The notes beneath the pieces are model-generated. The model was not told where the DNA came from. It saw nothing but the letters and a program-made list of their open reading frames with translations, and searched no databases. A stretch of 64,000 nt of DNA from the human T2T-CHM13v2.0 reference genome, Homo sapiens: assembly GCF_009914755.1 (NCBI RefSeq), contig NC_060925.1; one strand, 5' to 3'. Each line of letters opens with the position of its first letter. Positions within the stretch are counted from its first letter, which is position 1. Shown here in pieces: positions 48,378 to 64,000 of the stretch. A program made the translations under genes and the position numbers.

Positions 48378-49608
48378 TTTTTTTTTTTTTGAGACAAGGT
48401 ATCCCTCTTGCCCAGGCGGGGGTGCAGTGGTGCAATCACTGCTCACTGTAAGCTGTAACTCCTGGGCCCAACAGGTCCTCCCACCTCAGCCTCCTGCGTG
48501 GCTGGGACCATAGGCACACAGCACCATGCCCCGCTAATTTTTGTATTTTTTAAAGAGACAAGGTTTCGCCATGTTTTTCAGCTGGTCTCGAATTCCTAAG
48601 CTCAAGCAATCCACCCACGTTGGCCTCCCAAAGTTTTGGGATTATAAGTGTGAGCCACCACACCTGTCCAATAAATATTCATTGAATTAATGAAATTCAT
48701 TATTACTGATAGAGACTTCCCAGTTCAATACTTAAGCATCATTGTGTAAGTGAGTTAAATAAAGATCTGTCTTTTGATAGCTAAGAGGCTATGTCGAATT
48801 CCCTTTCAAACTACTTATGAATATGATTGCTTTCACTTAACTTTGGAGAAGGGAGATAATGGCTCATTTAGAAAACAACCAGGCCAGGTGCGGTGGCTCA
48901 CGCCTGTAGTCCCAGCACTTTGGGAGGCCGAGGTGGGTGGATCGCTTGAGCTCACAAATTTGAGACCAGCCTGGGCAACATGGCAAAACCCCGTCATATA
49001 TATATATTTATATATTTATATATATAAATAAAAATTAGCTGGGCATGGTGGTACATGCCGGTAGTCCCATCTACTTGAGAAGCTGAGGCTTGAGCCTTGG
49101 AGGTGGAAGGTGCAGTGAACTGAGATTGTGCCGCTGCACTCCAGCCTGGGTGATGGAAGGAGCCCCTGTCTCAAAAAAAGAAAAGATAATGACCAAATGT
49201 TTCACTTTATGAAATTCATCATGTTACATAACTATTTCTTGTGATTTCTCACATTATTTGACTATAAGGACCAAACAGGCAAGTAAAGCAAGGATTACTT
49301 CACTAAAACTTCCCATGTGAAATATTTAGCTATCAGTCTTTTTTTTTTTTTTTTTGGTCTCCCAGGCTGGAGTGCAGTGGCATGATCATGGCTCACTGTA
49401 GCCTTGACCTCTTGGGCTCAGGCGATTCTCCTAAAGTGCTGAGACTACAGGCGTGCACCACAATGCCTGGTTAATTTTTAAATTTTTTGTAAAGATGGAG
49501 TCTCACTATGTTGCCCAGATTGGTTTTGAACTCCTGGGCTCGAGTGATCATCCCACCTCTGTCTCCCAAAGTGCTGGGATACAGGCATGAGCCACCACGC
49601 CCGGCCAA
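48378..49608. mobile_element. Three Alus in RTCA intron 3 (minus 48378-48668; plus 48882-49180; minus 49338-49608)
   Basis: Alu consensus matches. Confidence 0.9.
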
Positions 49609-49651
49609 GCTGTGAGTGTTTGTTATTATTAAAATTAATAATTATTAAAAT

Positions 49652-50010
49652 ATTTTATTATACTTTAAGTTCTGGATACATGTGCAGAATGTGCAGGTTT
49701 GTCACATATGTACACATGTGCCATAGTGGTTTGCTGCACCCATCAACTGGTCATCTAGGTTTTAAGCCCTGCATGCATTAGGTATTTGTCCTAGTGCTCT
49801 CCCTCCCCTTGCCACCTGCCCCCCGACAAGCCCTGGTGTGTGATGTTCCCCTCCCTGTGCCCATGTGTTCTCATTGTTCAACTGCCACTTATGAGTGAGA
49901 ACATGCAGCGTTTGCTTTTCTGTTCCTATGTTAGTTTACTGAGAATGATGGTTTCCAGCTTCATCCATGTCCCTGCAAAGGACATGAACTCATTCTCTTT
50001 TATGGCTGAG
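49652..50010 (-). mobile_element. Short L1PA 3' end
   Basis: ttatactttaagttctgg...catccatgtccctgcaaaggacatgaactc; flanking taaaatatt duplication. Confidence 0.9.
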
Positions 50011-50527
50011 TAAAATATTATTCTATCATATCATGAACTCCACAATGACAGGAACTATATCTTTATACCTGGAACAGTACCTTGTTATATAGTAACTAAT
50101 CATATCCAGACCTTGTCTATTTTGAAAGCATTTTCATAAACTGCTAGTTTCAAGAATTCTTTTGTAAAACTTTTGAAGGTTTTATTTTTAATTTTTTTTC
50201 TTTTTTACTTTTTTGTAATATAAAGAAAAGTATCAGAACTTAGCCAAGGTCACACAGCTAATGTGTTTAGTTGAAGATTCAGACCCAGGTTTGGTTATCA
50301 TTTAAAGCTATTTTTCTGTGGTGAAATACTGTTTTTCTTTAAAATTCAGGATTTTACTATTCAGACACTAAAATGTTTTTTAACTAGAAACTCAATGGCA
50401 TATACCTGCCTTCACAGTTGTCTGTGCTTTAGTTGGTAGTGATGAACAAGAATATAGCTTATTTAAGAGTTTGAAAAGAAAATGCAGAAAAGAAAATGAA
50501 AATAAGCCCCTTCTGCCTTCTCCTTAG

Positions 50528-50651
50528 GAGTGTGTGCCTCTTGATGCAGGTCTCAATGCCGTGTGTTCTCTTTGCTGCTTCTCCATCAGAACTTCATTTG
50601 AAAGGTGGAACTAATGCTGAAATGGCACCACAGATCGATTATACAGTGATG
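50528..50651 (+). CDS. RTCA: RTCA constitutive exon 4 ([41 protein letters not shown])
   Basis: 124 nt; acceptor ccttAG; donor ATG|GTAAGG; GGTN...AP motif. Confidence 0.96.
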
Positions 50652-50769
50652 GTAAGGGCTTTTGTTGTTGACAAACTAAGATGATCTCATACATGCTTCT
50701 GAGTCTCCATTCTCTAAATATATCCTGAGTGTTTTTTTGTGACTTTCTTGTTTATCTCTTCATGGTGTC

Positions 50770-51440
50770 TTTTCTTTCTTTCTTTCTTTTTTTTTTTGAG
50801 ACAGTGCTGTTGCCAAGGCTGGAGTACAGTTGCATATCACAGCTCACTGCATACTCAACCTCCTGAGCTCAAGCAATCCTCCTGTCTTGGCCTCCTGAGT
50901 AGATGGGACTACAGGCACACACCCAGCCAATCTTTTTAAATTTTTTGTAGAGTCGATGCCTCACTATGTTGCCTAGGCTGGTCTTGAACTCCTGAGCTCT
51001 AAGGATCCTCCCACCTCAGCCTCCCAAATGTGTCTATTGCAGTAGGGGGTGGGGAATTATGTTTACTTTAAGTTTGTTGTTATATCTTGGAATAGTGTTT
51101 ATAGTGAATTAAAAAAAAAAACTCAAGTGTAGGGCCCGGTGTGGTGGCTCACACCTGTAATCCTAGCACTCTGGGAGGCTGAGGTAGGCAGATCACTTGA
51201 GCTTAGAAGTTCAAGACCAGCCTGGGCAACATGGTGAAATCCCATCTCTACAAAAAAATAATATAAATAAAAAACAAAAAACACTACACACAGAAAAATT
51301 AGCCAGGCATGGTGGTGCACACCTGTCCAAGCTACTCAGGAGGCTGAGGTGGGAGGATCACTTGAGCCTGGGAGGTTGAGTTTGCAGTGAGCTATGTTGG
51401 CACTCCATCCTGGGTGATAAAGCAAGATGCTGTCTTTAAA
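50770..51440. mobile_element. Head-to-head AluJ pair (minus 50770-51028; plus 51132-51440)
   Basis: Alu consensus matches. Confidence 0.88.
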
Positions 51441-51649
51441 AAAACAAAAAACACCTCGAGTGTGATATAAATTATATCAGTTGTGATGTGTTATTTTATA
51501 AATACAAGGATTATGATTTGGAGGGAAACTCAAACTTTTTTTTTCTATTAAGCCCCTTCCATTCTAGGATCAAACATTTAAAAAATGATTTAAAAAATAC
51601 TGACATGCTCATATAACTAGTGGGAGAGAAAAGTGGTATAATTTTTTTT

Positions 51650-52480
51650 CTTCTAGATTTATTAAAGTGTAATTTTTTCAATTGAATCCACCCTTTTTAA
51701 CATGCAGTTCTGTGATTTTTGACAGTGACATGATTCACAGTTATGAACCATCTACCACAATCAAGACATAGAATAGTTCCGTTACTCTAAAAAATTCCCT
51801 TATACGTTTTTGTAATCAGTCCTGAGCCTCAGCCCCTGGCAACTGCTGATCTGTTTTCTGTCATAGTTTTGCCTTTTGTTCAGAATGTCATATAAGGGAT
51901 AATACTGTACGTAGGCTTTGAGTCTGGGTTTTTTGCTCTCCATAATACATTTGAGATTCATCCATGTTGCTTGTATCTGCAATGAAAACTTGAGTTGTGT
52001 TCTCGTATATGGATGTACCAGTTTGCATATCCATTCATCTATTGAAGGGCATTTGGGTGTTTCCAGATTTTGGCAATTATAAATTAAGTTACTGTTAACA
52101 TTCATATACAAGTTTTTGTGTGATTGTACATTTTCATTTCTCTTGGGAAAATACTTGCTGGGTTGTTATAATAAGCAAATGTCTAACTTTATAATACATA
52201 GCCAGGTTATTTTAGCTTCCAAAGTGGCTACATTTTGCATTATTACCAGTACTATATGAGAGTTCCAGCTGAAGTGGGCACAGTGGTGTGTGCCTATAGT
52301 CCCAGCTATTTAATACTTGGTAGGGTGAGGTGGGAGGATCTCTTGAGCTTAAGCTGGAGTCTAGCCTGGGTAACATAGCGAGACCCCATCTCTAAAATAA
52401 AAATAAATATCAAATAGAGGGTTCCAGCTGTTCTGTATCCATCCTAGCACTTGATATTTTCAGGTTTTTATTTGTTAAGC
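51650..52480 (-). mobile_element. L1MB-like 3' region with a nested Alu monomer (about 52270-52405)
   Basis: ORF 51800..52111 resembles a degenerate L1 ORF2 C-terminus (PKCPSIDEWI). Confidence 0.75.
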
Positions 52481-53364
52481 TTTTTCTGCCTTTAAAAAAA
52501 AACACAAAACAAGGTTAATAACCTGTATACCTCCTGGATACATAGGAGACAACCCAGAGAAATAAGTAAATCTCTAGAGTAGATCTCAAAGAGTTGCCTT
52601 AGACATCAGGCTAAAACACCATCTTTCTCTGAAATATTGCCATTCTAATAGATGGTATAATCTTTTCAAAGTCAGTTCGATGGGATGTATAATAAAAATT
52701 AATCTCTCCTCACCTAATAATTTGACTTCAAGGAAACTCCTCTAATTCAATATTGCAAAGTTCAGCTAAAGATAAATGTTAAAGGTATTTGAACAGAGCA
52801 TTATATACTGTAATTATCATTATATAAGATATATCATTATCTAATAATGAAAACTTGGAGAACCGTTAAGTCAATTAGGCTAGGATGCCATGGAGTCATT
52901 CAGATTTTGTTTAGGAATAATTTTATGATGTCAGGAAAATGCTTATGTTTATAATGTTAAAGCATTGTCTGTGGAATGAGATTTCAACTGTACAAAAAAT
53001 TGAGATGACAGAATGGAATGCTCTTCACCAATACCCCCTCATTTCTTAAATGTACTATATTGAGATGCGTGAGGAAGTATTGGCCTTTGGAGTAGAATAA
53101 CCACTGATATCAAATATCCTAAGTTCCAATTTTTTTCGTTAGATAGACTTGCACAGCTCTGATTAAATAAATGTCAAACTTTTAAATTTAGCTACATATC
53201 AGTTTTTTTATTTGAAAAAAATGGAACCAGCCTACATATTCTTATAACACTGTTTACCTATAGCACCCAGTTACTAGCCAGCAAAGCGCTTTTGTTTAAT
53301 AAATACACTTGTTAAATTAGTGAATATTGCTGATTAACCTAATGATAAAAACTGATTTTTTCAG

Positions 53365-53423
53365 GTCTTCAAGCCAATTGTTGAAAAATTTGGTTTCATA
53401 TTTAATTGTGACATTAAAACAAG
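53365..53423 (+). CDS. RTCA: RTCA constitutive exon 5 (VFKPIVEKFGFIFNCDIKTR)
   Basis: 59 nt; acceptor ttttcAG; donor AAG|GTAAGT; frame continuous. Confidence 0.95.
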
Positions 53424-54430
53424 GTAAGTTGCTTGTTTCTTAAATGTTAGGATCTATTACTTACGCTAGAAGTAGTGGAAAAGTTAGACCCTTAGAGAAC
53501 TGTCTTTCTGGTACCCACTTAATACATTGCATCTCTTGTAAGAAGTAATTGTACTTTGTGGCTTAAAAATAATGAATAGCAGGAGCATGGGGACTCGAGA
53601 GCAGCTACACATCATGGTTATTTATTTCTAGGGAAAATATTTTCAAGGGAATTTTCACAGTGAGGTACCCTCATATCTAGTGATATTTCATGCCCCAGCA
53701 CAGCTTAAGTGCTCACTGTGTGTAGACAACTGGACTAGACACTAAGGGGTCATAAAAGGAATTCTCTTCCACAATGTGATCAGAATTGTTTTCCTAAGAA
53801 ACACATTGGGCATTCAGGTTATTTCTCTTTAAGGCTTCCCTTCTGCCACACAATCACTAGGCCATATTTCTTGGTGTGGCATTTAAGTGCTTTGAAGTCT
53901 TGCCCTAACTTTTCTAACTTCTTCGTCCCTCTCCTCCTTTCAACGTGTTATGTATTCTAACAATATGTTTGCTTGTTATTCCTTAAATATGCTTTGTGCC
54001 TTTGGACTTTTGTGTCTTTGTTCATGTTATTCTTCCCCTGCTCTCCCAAAAGTTAGAAATCCTATGTTTTTTTCAACGTGAAACTTATAATTCTTTATGA
54101 ACTGTGATTGTGCCTCAATCAGAATTCATATTTGCACCTATGTTGTAGCCTTTCTTATAGCCTGACCTGTATTCTAGTAGACAGTGTGTGGAGCCATCTC
54201 CCTACCAGATGGTGAGCTCTTTGAGGGGAGGAGTACTGTCTTCTCACCGTCTGCTGTAAAATAAATGACACCAATTAATTGAATTAAAACTTTTTAAGTG
54301 TTTTGCTACTTAAATATTCATCATATATTTATTTGAGGACCTACCATGTGCCAGACATTGTTTTAGGCACAGGAAAATAGCAGGAACAATATAGGTAAGT
54401 CTAGCCCTCAAGGCGCTTATATTCTACAAT

Positions 54431-54615
54431 AGCCCTGTCAAATAGAACTTTCTGCATTGGGGTATATGTTCCATATCTATGCTGTCCAATATGGTAGTCA
54501 CTAGCCAAATGTGACTATTGAGCACTTAAAATGTGGCTAGTGCAGCTGGGGAGCTGATTTTTAAATTTTATTTAATTTTAATAGTTTCACATATCTCAAG
54601 GCTACCACATTGTAT
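54431..54615. mobile_element. MER3-like hAT DNA transposon
   Basis: ctgtccaatatggtagtcactagcc..atgtgactattgagcactt motif. Confidence 0.7.
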
Positions 54616-54738
54616 AGTACAGACAAAATTTTGTTTTTTAATGTATAAAATTTTACAAAATACAGACCTAAAATATTTAGACCTTTCCATGGATTACATG
54701 TTTGGATATCATTGACATGTCATTTTATTGTAATATAG

Positions 54739-54999
<261 letters not shown>

Positions 55000-55036
55000 T
55001 AAATTTTGAAATTATTGAGAGAACTTAACATTTTTT

Positions 55037-55360
55037 TAAGGAAAGAAATAATGTCCTTTGTGGCAATATGGCTGCAGCTGGAGGCCATTATCCTAAGCAA
55101 ATTAATGTAGGAACAGAAAACCAAATACCACATGTTCTCATAAGTGGAAGCTACGCATTGAATACACATGGACATAAAGATGGGAACACTGGGGACTGCT
55201 AATGGGAGGAGGGTGGAAGGGGGCTGAGGGTTGAAACACTATCAGGTACTGTGTTCACTACCTAGGTGATGGGATCATTCATATACCAGATCTCAGCGAC
55301 ATGTAATTTACCCATGTAACAAACCTGCACATGTACCTCCTGAACCTAAAATAAAAGATG
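55037..55360 (+). mobile_element. L1 3' end (old L1PA/PB)
   Basis: ggaggccattatcctaagc...aacaaacctgcacatgtacc..tgaacctaaaataaaag. Confidence 0.85.
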
Positions 55361-55569
55361 AAATATATGTATTAATGGATACATTAATTAACAAAAATAA
55401 AATTAATTTGCATAAGCATATTTAAAAATTCAGTGCTCTCTTGAAAATCAAGTTATTAAATAATGCATGTAAAAGCTACCAATTATTTTATGTGTCTTTG
55501 AAGTCTTGAAAACAATTTTCCAAATAATCAGTAATTGTTTTATTCTATTTTTCTGTCTTGCTAAAATAG

Positions 55570-55695
<126 letters not shown>

Positions 55696-55782
55696 TGAGA
55701 CAATACTTTTTCCTACACATTAGTTGAGAACCCTAAAATAGTTATCTAATTAAATTAAAGATTTTTAGGGTTTCTTGCTTAA

Positions 55783-56105
<323 letters not shown>

Positions 56106-56367
56106 TCAGTTTATATTTTTAAGGACATTCCTACCTAAAACACCAGTATGATAAATTAAGACAATTATTCTGAATTTTTTCTGAGGATGGCTTGCCTTTT
56201 GTTACCTTGTAAGATCCCTTTCCCTTATATAGTGAACTTAAACGTTTAATCAGAAGTTAGGCTTTAAAGCTAGTCCTATGAGAATATTTCCAGTTGCATA
56301 AAATACGTCAAATGTGAAATCAATTCACAAATAAATATAGCAAAGAGCTTTTTAAAACCAGACTAGA

Positions 56368-56673
<306 letters not shown>

Positions 56674-57228
56674 TTAATTCAGTTAGGAGTTATAGATTTA
56701 AGTATTAGTACAAATTCTTTAACTGATGTTTTTGAAGTATAAAAGTACCATTTTTGGATATTTAAGTTCCAAATCCTCTCATTCAGAATTTCCATTAAAA
56801 GGTTTAAAGTAAATGCTTGCTCTACTTATGATAACACTATCTAAAAACCGTAGAACAATACCAAAGTCTCTGCATAACGACCTTTTTATTTAAGATAATT
56901 CTGAAACACTTTATAGTACTGTGTGCCTGTGAAATGGTACCACTTAGTGCTAATGACATGTTAACTTGTTGGGGGGCATGGTAGACATTTCTTAACCTGT
57001 GAATTAGAATCTGGTGTGACTTCTCCTGGTCAAGTGGTAAAGGATACTACTGGTCTGATTAAGATAGACAATGTTAATCATACCGCTCTATATGAAGAAT
57101 TTTTACTTTTGCAATTTGTTGCCCAGATTTAGTTCTGCCTATTTAATAGTCATTGTTCTCTTTTGTTGTATTTGCATAAATTTGGAACATTTATAGCAAA
57201 GGTAGTAATAACTTTTTTTCTTGCATAG

Positions 57229-57287
57229 AATTATTGCTGAGACCTCCACTGGCTGTTTGTTTGCTGGATCATCGCTTGGTAAACGAG
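57229..57287 (+). CDS. RTCA: RTCA constitutive exon 8 (IIAETSTGCLFAGSSLGKRG)
   Basis: 59 nt; acceptor gcatAG; donor GAG|GTAAGA. The remaining exons, including the catalytic His, were not found and should lie right of the window. Confidence 0.95.
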
Positions 57288-58774
57288 GTAAGATAAATGA
57301 AGGGGGTCCATAGTTCCCAATGCTACTGCAGAATTCTTTAATCCATCAGGATTGGAATGTTATAGAATGATGGATGAAAGTTTAAAAGGATGTAGTTAAT
57401 TGATTCTCTTTTAGAGTCAATTACACTTTCAGACTTTCAGTCTTTCTCCCACCTTTATACTTTGGAAAATTTCAAACCTATGGAAAAGTTGAGTGACTAG
57501 TTCAACTAGTCATCCATACAACCTTCTCTTAGATTCACTAGTTATGAACATTTAGTTTGTTGTGTATATTTCTGAGCCATTTCAATATAAGTTGCAGGTG
57601 CCATGTCTCACCCCTGAATACTGCAGCATATATGTCCAAAGAGCAATAACTACATAATTATAATACCATTTTTACACCTGAAGAATTTGTTTTATTCTGA
57701 CACACCAGATAGCTTCATACATAATGAATTGTTTCCAAAATATTATTTAGAGCGATGTGGAATTTTTTTTTTTGGGGGGGGGCACATAGCATTTGTTTCT
57801 CAAGTCTCTTTAGTCCCTCTTTTAATACACAATCCTCCCATTACCTTTTTTGTTGTTGTTCATTTCATGATACTGACATTTTTAAGAGTCCAGGCCATTT
57901 TCTCACAGAGTTTCCCACAATTTAAATTTGTCTGATTGTCTCATGATATATTCAGATTAAACATTTTTATTAAGAATACTACATAGGTGATTTTGTGTAC
58001 ATTCCACTGTATCACGGCAGGGGGCACATGATGTTAGTTTCTCCTTTATTGGTGAGGTTGAGTGTGATCACTTGGTTAAGGAGGTGTGTCCTGCAGATCT
58101 GTCTGCCATGAAAGTTCCTTTTACCTTTGTAATTAACTAGTGATCCAAGAAAATATTTTGAGGCCATCTGGTTATCCTGCACCCATAACAGCTTTCATCC
58201 AGTGGTTTTAACATCTATTGATGATTCTTCTCTGCATCAGTTATTACATTGGTGATTTCAGAATTTTGAATGTTTTTGTGAAAGGGAAATTTGTTTAAGG
58301 TTTGGTATATTAGAGAGAGAAGATACATACATGCATGTGTTTGTTAATATTTAAAGTTACTTTTACCAATCAGGCAACTTTTAGGTGAACTTCTAGTTGT
58401 TTGCGTGGTCATTGATTGCTTTATTCCTACTTTGTAGCATCTTTAAAAATGCTTACCAAGCTGGGCACAGTGGTACACAACTGTAATCCTAGCACTTTGG
58501 GAGGCTGAGGTGGGAGGATCACTGAGACCAGAAGTTCAAGACTATCCTGGGCAATGTAGTGAGACTTTGTCTTTGCAAAATAAATAAACAAATAAAAATG
58601 TTTACCCTAGCTATGCTGTTAAGCCACACTATTACTACTGAATACAAAAAAAATTAGGAATTCTTCAGTTTGCTCAGTTGGTAAATCTAGAACTAGTTGG
58701 GCATCAAATCTGATCAAGAGAATAAATAAAATCACCATTTCCAGTTGAACTCACATAAATGAATTCTGTCTAAA

Positions 58775-58965
58775 ACTGTGCTATTCAAAATGTGGTTGGC
58801 AGACAGGCAAACTTGTCAGCATCAACTGGGAGTTTGTTAGAAATACAGATTTTGGGACCTACCTCAGACGTATTGAATTAGAATCTGTGGGAGTGGGGCC
58901 CAGGAATCCATTTTAACAAACTTTCCAGGTACTTTTAATGTATACTGAAGTTTGAGAAATAGTGA
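58775..58965. mobile_element. MER5A-like DNA transposon
   Basis: gcatcaactgggagtttgttagaaat...ttttaacaa...gaagtttgagaa; a similar copy lies at about 32990-33150. Confidence 0.7.
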
Positions 58966-60690
58966 TCTAAAATATGTATTTGGCATATACTAATTACATA
59001 TTAGGTGCAGTGAGGAATCAGTGTGGATATTGAGCCACTGCATGCACTATCTACAACAGTCTTTGGAAGCAAAGAGAATACAAATATAAAACGGAGACTA
59101 GGAGCAGACATATTACAAGTAATAAGTACTTAGCAGGCATTGGGAGAAGTGTGAGTTTGTTTGTATTACTGGTTACCAAATGTGCCAGGTACTGTGTACT
59201 AGGGATTCAAAAATGACAGCTATGATTCCTGCCTCCTGGGTTATTCTGGCAGAGGAAACAGACCAGTTCTATGATAGTGGTATCCCCAGGGTACCATAGG
59301 AATACAGGGGAAGCAAAGGGAATCCTTCTGGGGACTGATTGACACCAAATCTGCCTTCTGCCATTTAATGGTCCTCCAGTGGGTTCTGTGGGTAAATAGA
59401 AGTTAGCTGGATAGAAAAGTGAGAGCTAAGGAGGAAGGACAAAGAAATTTGACATACAAAAGTATTCTGGGTGAGGTGGCATGCAGCTTTAGTCCAAGCT
59501 ACTCGGGAGGCTGAAGCAGGATGATTGCTTGAGCCAGGAGTTTGACAACAGCCTGGCCAACATGGCAAGATTCCATCTCTTAAAATTTTTTTTTTTTTAA
59601 GTAGCCCCATATGGTGGCTCACACCTATAGTCCCAGCTGCTCAGGGGGCTGAAGCGGGAGGATTGCTTGATCCTAAGATGTTCAAGGCTGCAATGAGCTG
59701 TGATTGCACCACTGCATTCCAGCCTGGGTGACACAGTGAGACCCTGTCACCAAAAAAATAGTGTTCTGTGTTTGAGCAAGCAACTGCAAGTGGATAATAG
59801 ATCTGGGTAAGGGAATGGAGAGAGATGACAACAGAAATATCGACAGGCCAGATTCTGAAAGGCTATAGGTTATATCTAGGAATTTACATTTCATCCTGAA
59901 ATATAGAGCATTTAATGAGGGATGTGATATGAGAGTTTTTGAAAGATAATTCAGAGAAGTAGAAGAAAGCCATATTAGAGGCAGGAAGATAAGAGTTCAT
60001 TACAATTCAGGTCAGAATGGTAAGGGCCTGTGCCAAGGAATGCTGGGCTAGAGAGGTGAATACTGATAAAAGGGTATTTGCAAAGGTGAATGGACAATAT
60101 TTGCTGGCCAGTTGGGTATGGGAAGTGAGGAAGGCAGTGTAAAGTATGACCTTCTAGATGTCTGGCTTAGGTAACTGGATATATTTACCTCTTGTGAATA
60201 TACGGGGTAGAGTTAGTTTGCCAGGGTAGATGATAATTTTAGATATGCTGCGTTGAGATTGATTGTAAAGGGATCATTACTTTATCAGTAATACATGGAA
60301 TTTTTTTACCAGGCCTGAAAAAAATTTTCTAATGTTCTGTCAGCATTTTTTTCTCACTTTGTCACATGAAACAACTTGTACTTTAAAGTAGTTTTTGGAT
60401 AAAACACTTGTAGAGTACACAGTACTTATTTTTAGACTTAGGGTGTTAGGAGAGAATAGAGGAGAGAGCAACATGCCTGCTGAGATTGACTGACTCCTCC
60501 TGGTATCCTTCCTTGGTTCCTATCATGCACATCAGTCAAATGAGATGTTAGCAAATGCAAAAGTAACTTGTGGTCTTCTCAATCCAGCTTGTCTATATAT
60601 TAAGGATCTCAGAGAGAATGTCATGACCTCTATTATCCAGATCCCCTTTCATTTCTGATTTAAATTAACTAGAAAATTACTGGATTTAGG

Positions 60691-60996
<306 letters not shown>

Positions 60997-61680
60997 CTAC
61001 CAGACCTTGAATCCTAATTTCTTAGGGTTATCACCAGAAGGAACATTGGCTGCTTGTCAATACCACCATAGGTGGTAGAGGCAGGAAGTTGTAACTAGAG
61101 ATGTCTTTATCATTGTCTCAGTTACTATAACCATTTTGATCTTAGTTTCCTTATATGTTGAGCAAGAAGATTAGCCTGGAGAATCTCCAAAATCCTTCTA
61201 ACTATAACATTCTTCAATTTTATTTTAAAACGGTGAGATTTTGTTTTGTCTGAGAAAATCTCGCTGTTTTAGACTGAGGCAGTGTGTTATGATAGAGAGC
61301 ACTAAACAGAGAGTGAGAAGACCTAAATTTTAGTCCCATGTCCTGTCATTATCATGCATAGTGACTCTGGGCTTTCCTTATCTGAAAAATGATATTGGAC
61401 CGTGATTGTGATCTATGTTTAAGGATCCCTTCCAACTTTAAGTGATTGCATTATAGACAGAATGTGTTTTGTCTTTCCATTGTTGCGTATCTGTGTGATC
61501 TTTCATTACTCTTATCTTACAGTTAGTTATATTCTTTACTATGGGAGCAAAATAATCTGCTGAAATGAATTGTGCCTCTGGTTAATCAATCTTTATTTCC
61601 TTTGTGTAGTAATTGCCTCACTTATAGCAAGCACCTTCCTTCCCTCCCTCAGTGTATGTGGTAATTCAGGGCATCTCTCT

Positions 61681-61976
61681 GTTTTTGTTTTTGTTTTTTT
61701 TTTTCGAGACGGAATCTTGCTTTGTCGCCCAGGCTAGAGTGCAATGGAGCAATCTCGGCTCACTGCAACCTCCGCCTCCTGTGTTCAAGCAATCCTCCCA
61801 CCGCAGCCTCCCAAGTAGCTGGGATTACAAGTGTGTGCCACCATGCCGGCTAATTTTTGTATTTTTGGTAGAGACGGGGTTTCACAGTGTTGGCCAGGCT
61901 GGTTTCGAACTCCTGACCTCAAGTAATCTGCCTCCCAAAGTGCTGGGATTACAGGCGTGAGCCACCGTGCCGGCCT
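61681..61976 (-). mobile_element. AluS
   Basis: Reverse dimer. Confidence 0.92.
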
Positions 61977-62599
61977 CATGGCATCTCTCTGATGTCCTAA
62001 AACAAGTCCTTGAGACCTTTGTTTAAAAACATCCAAAATGTGAGAAGATTGGCAATTAGTTAGAAAAGCATTAAGATTTCAGAAGAAATTGAGATTTTGC
62101 TTTTGGTGTGTATAATACTAATAAGCAAGATTCTCATATTTTGCTTATTATGTTCAGTTGCTACAGACTGCTAGTAATGGCAGTTAGTAATGTAGAACCA
62201 TTCATGCCATTACTATCAAGGTGGCTGGGTGGAAAGGAATGTGAATGGCTCTGAGGAATTCTTTGCTACATGGCAGAAAACTTTAGTGTACCTGCTGTTT
62301 TCTAGTACTACAAAGCCGGAAGTTCTTTCCTTTTCCTTTACATCCTCCATCCCTATTTTAGCTGTTTTTCAAGGACTCACTTAAGTCCTTCATGCTTTAT
62401 GAAACCTCAAATTATTCTAGAACCTATATAATCTCTTACTTTTCTGAACTCCTGTCGGGTATATAGTTTATATCACAGAGTTAGCACTTAATTATCCTCT
62501 AATTTTCTAATATATGTGTATTTTAAATGCCTCCTTAGCAAAGGATCTGGTTTCTATTACTTAGCATGGTAGATAAATAGTGGGTATGCAATACTCCTA

Positions 62600-63513
<914 letters not shown>

Positions 63514-63778
63514 TGTTATTATTAATAGCTTTTTATGTACTAGTCTGGGTAATAGATGCTTTATAAATATTATCTCTAATTTCTATAACAACTTTGCAGC
63601 ATAGTTATTATCATCTCCATCTTCTAGAAGAGGAAATGGCAGTGGCTAACAAGAAGTCAAGATTCACAAAACATGTTTCAAACCATTTCATTCAGTCACG
63701 TAAATACTTGGCCAATTGATAATATAAAGAGGGTAATTTATTATATTATTATGACTACTATAAAGAAAAATAGAGTTT

Positions 63779-63896
63779 CTGGGCATGATGGCTCATGCCT
63801 GGAATTCTAACACTTTGGGAGGCTGAAGCGGGAGGATCACTTGAGTTCAGGAGTTTGAGACCAGTCCAGGCAACGTAGTGAGACCTAGTCGCTAAA

Positions 63897-63927
<31 letters not shown>

Positions 63928-63945
63928 AAGAAAAACAAAGAAAAA
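63779..63945 (+). mobile_element. FLAM/Alu monomer with long poly(A)
   Basis: Left monomer plus A tail. Confidence 0.85.
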
Positions 63946-64000
63946 TAGAGTTAAAATTCTACAATTTCCACTTTGGGGAAAATTTTATCATATATAATCA

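Overview
This is primate, most likely human, genomic DNA that I recognise as the DBT/RTCA locus (chr1p21). It is not a microbial or accessory region. DBT (E2 subunit of branched-chain alpha-ketoacid dehydrogenase) runs on the minus strand: coding exons 1-4 are present, covering the transit peptide and lipoyl domain, and the gene continues off the left edge. RTCA (RNA 3'-terminal phosphate cyclase) runs on the plus strand from a CpG-island promoter about 16.5 kb away: constitutive exons 1-8 are present, and the gene continues off the right edge. All exon boundaries were checked by hand for GT-AG and reading frame. The rest is dense interspersed repeat: dozens of Alus, a 2.8 kb 5'-truncated L1PA, old L1/L2/MIR, solo LTRs (LTR10-like, MLT1, MST, MER11) and Tigger/MER DNA transposons. 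Nearly all ORFs in the supplied track are repeat artefacts. I found no evidence for a wholly new biological system. The most notable item is an in-frame 39-nt RTCA cassette exon taken from an antisense MLT1 LTR, which inserts into the phosphate-binding region. Other items are unusual splice architecture at DBT exon 4 and RTCA exon 3, an RTCA uORF with a weak main start context, and a phased p53-like array in an LTR10. There is also a tiny poly(A) retro-insertion, a local templated duplication, and an L1 with no TSD that may have deleted target DNA. Repeat subfamily names come from memory of consensus sequences, and repeat boundaries are approximate unless a TSD is quoted.
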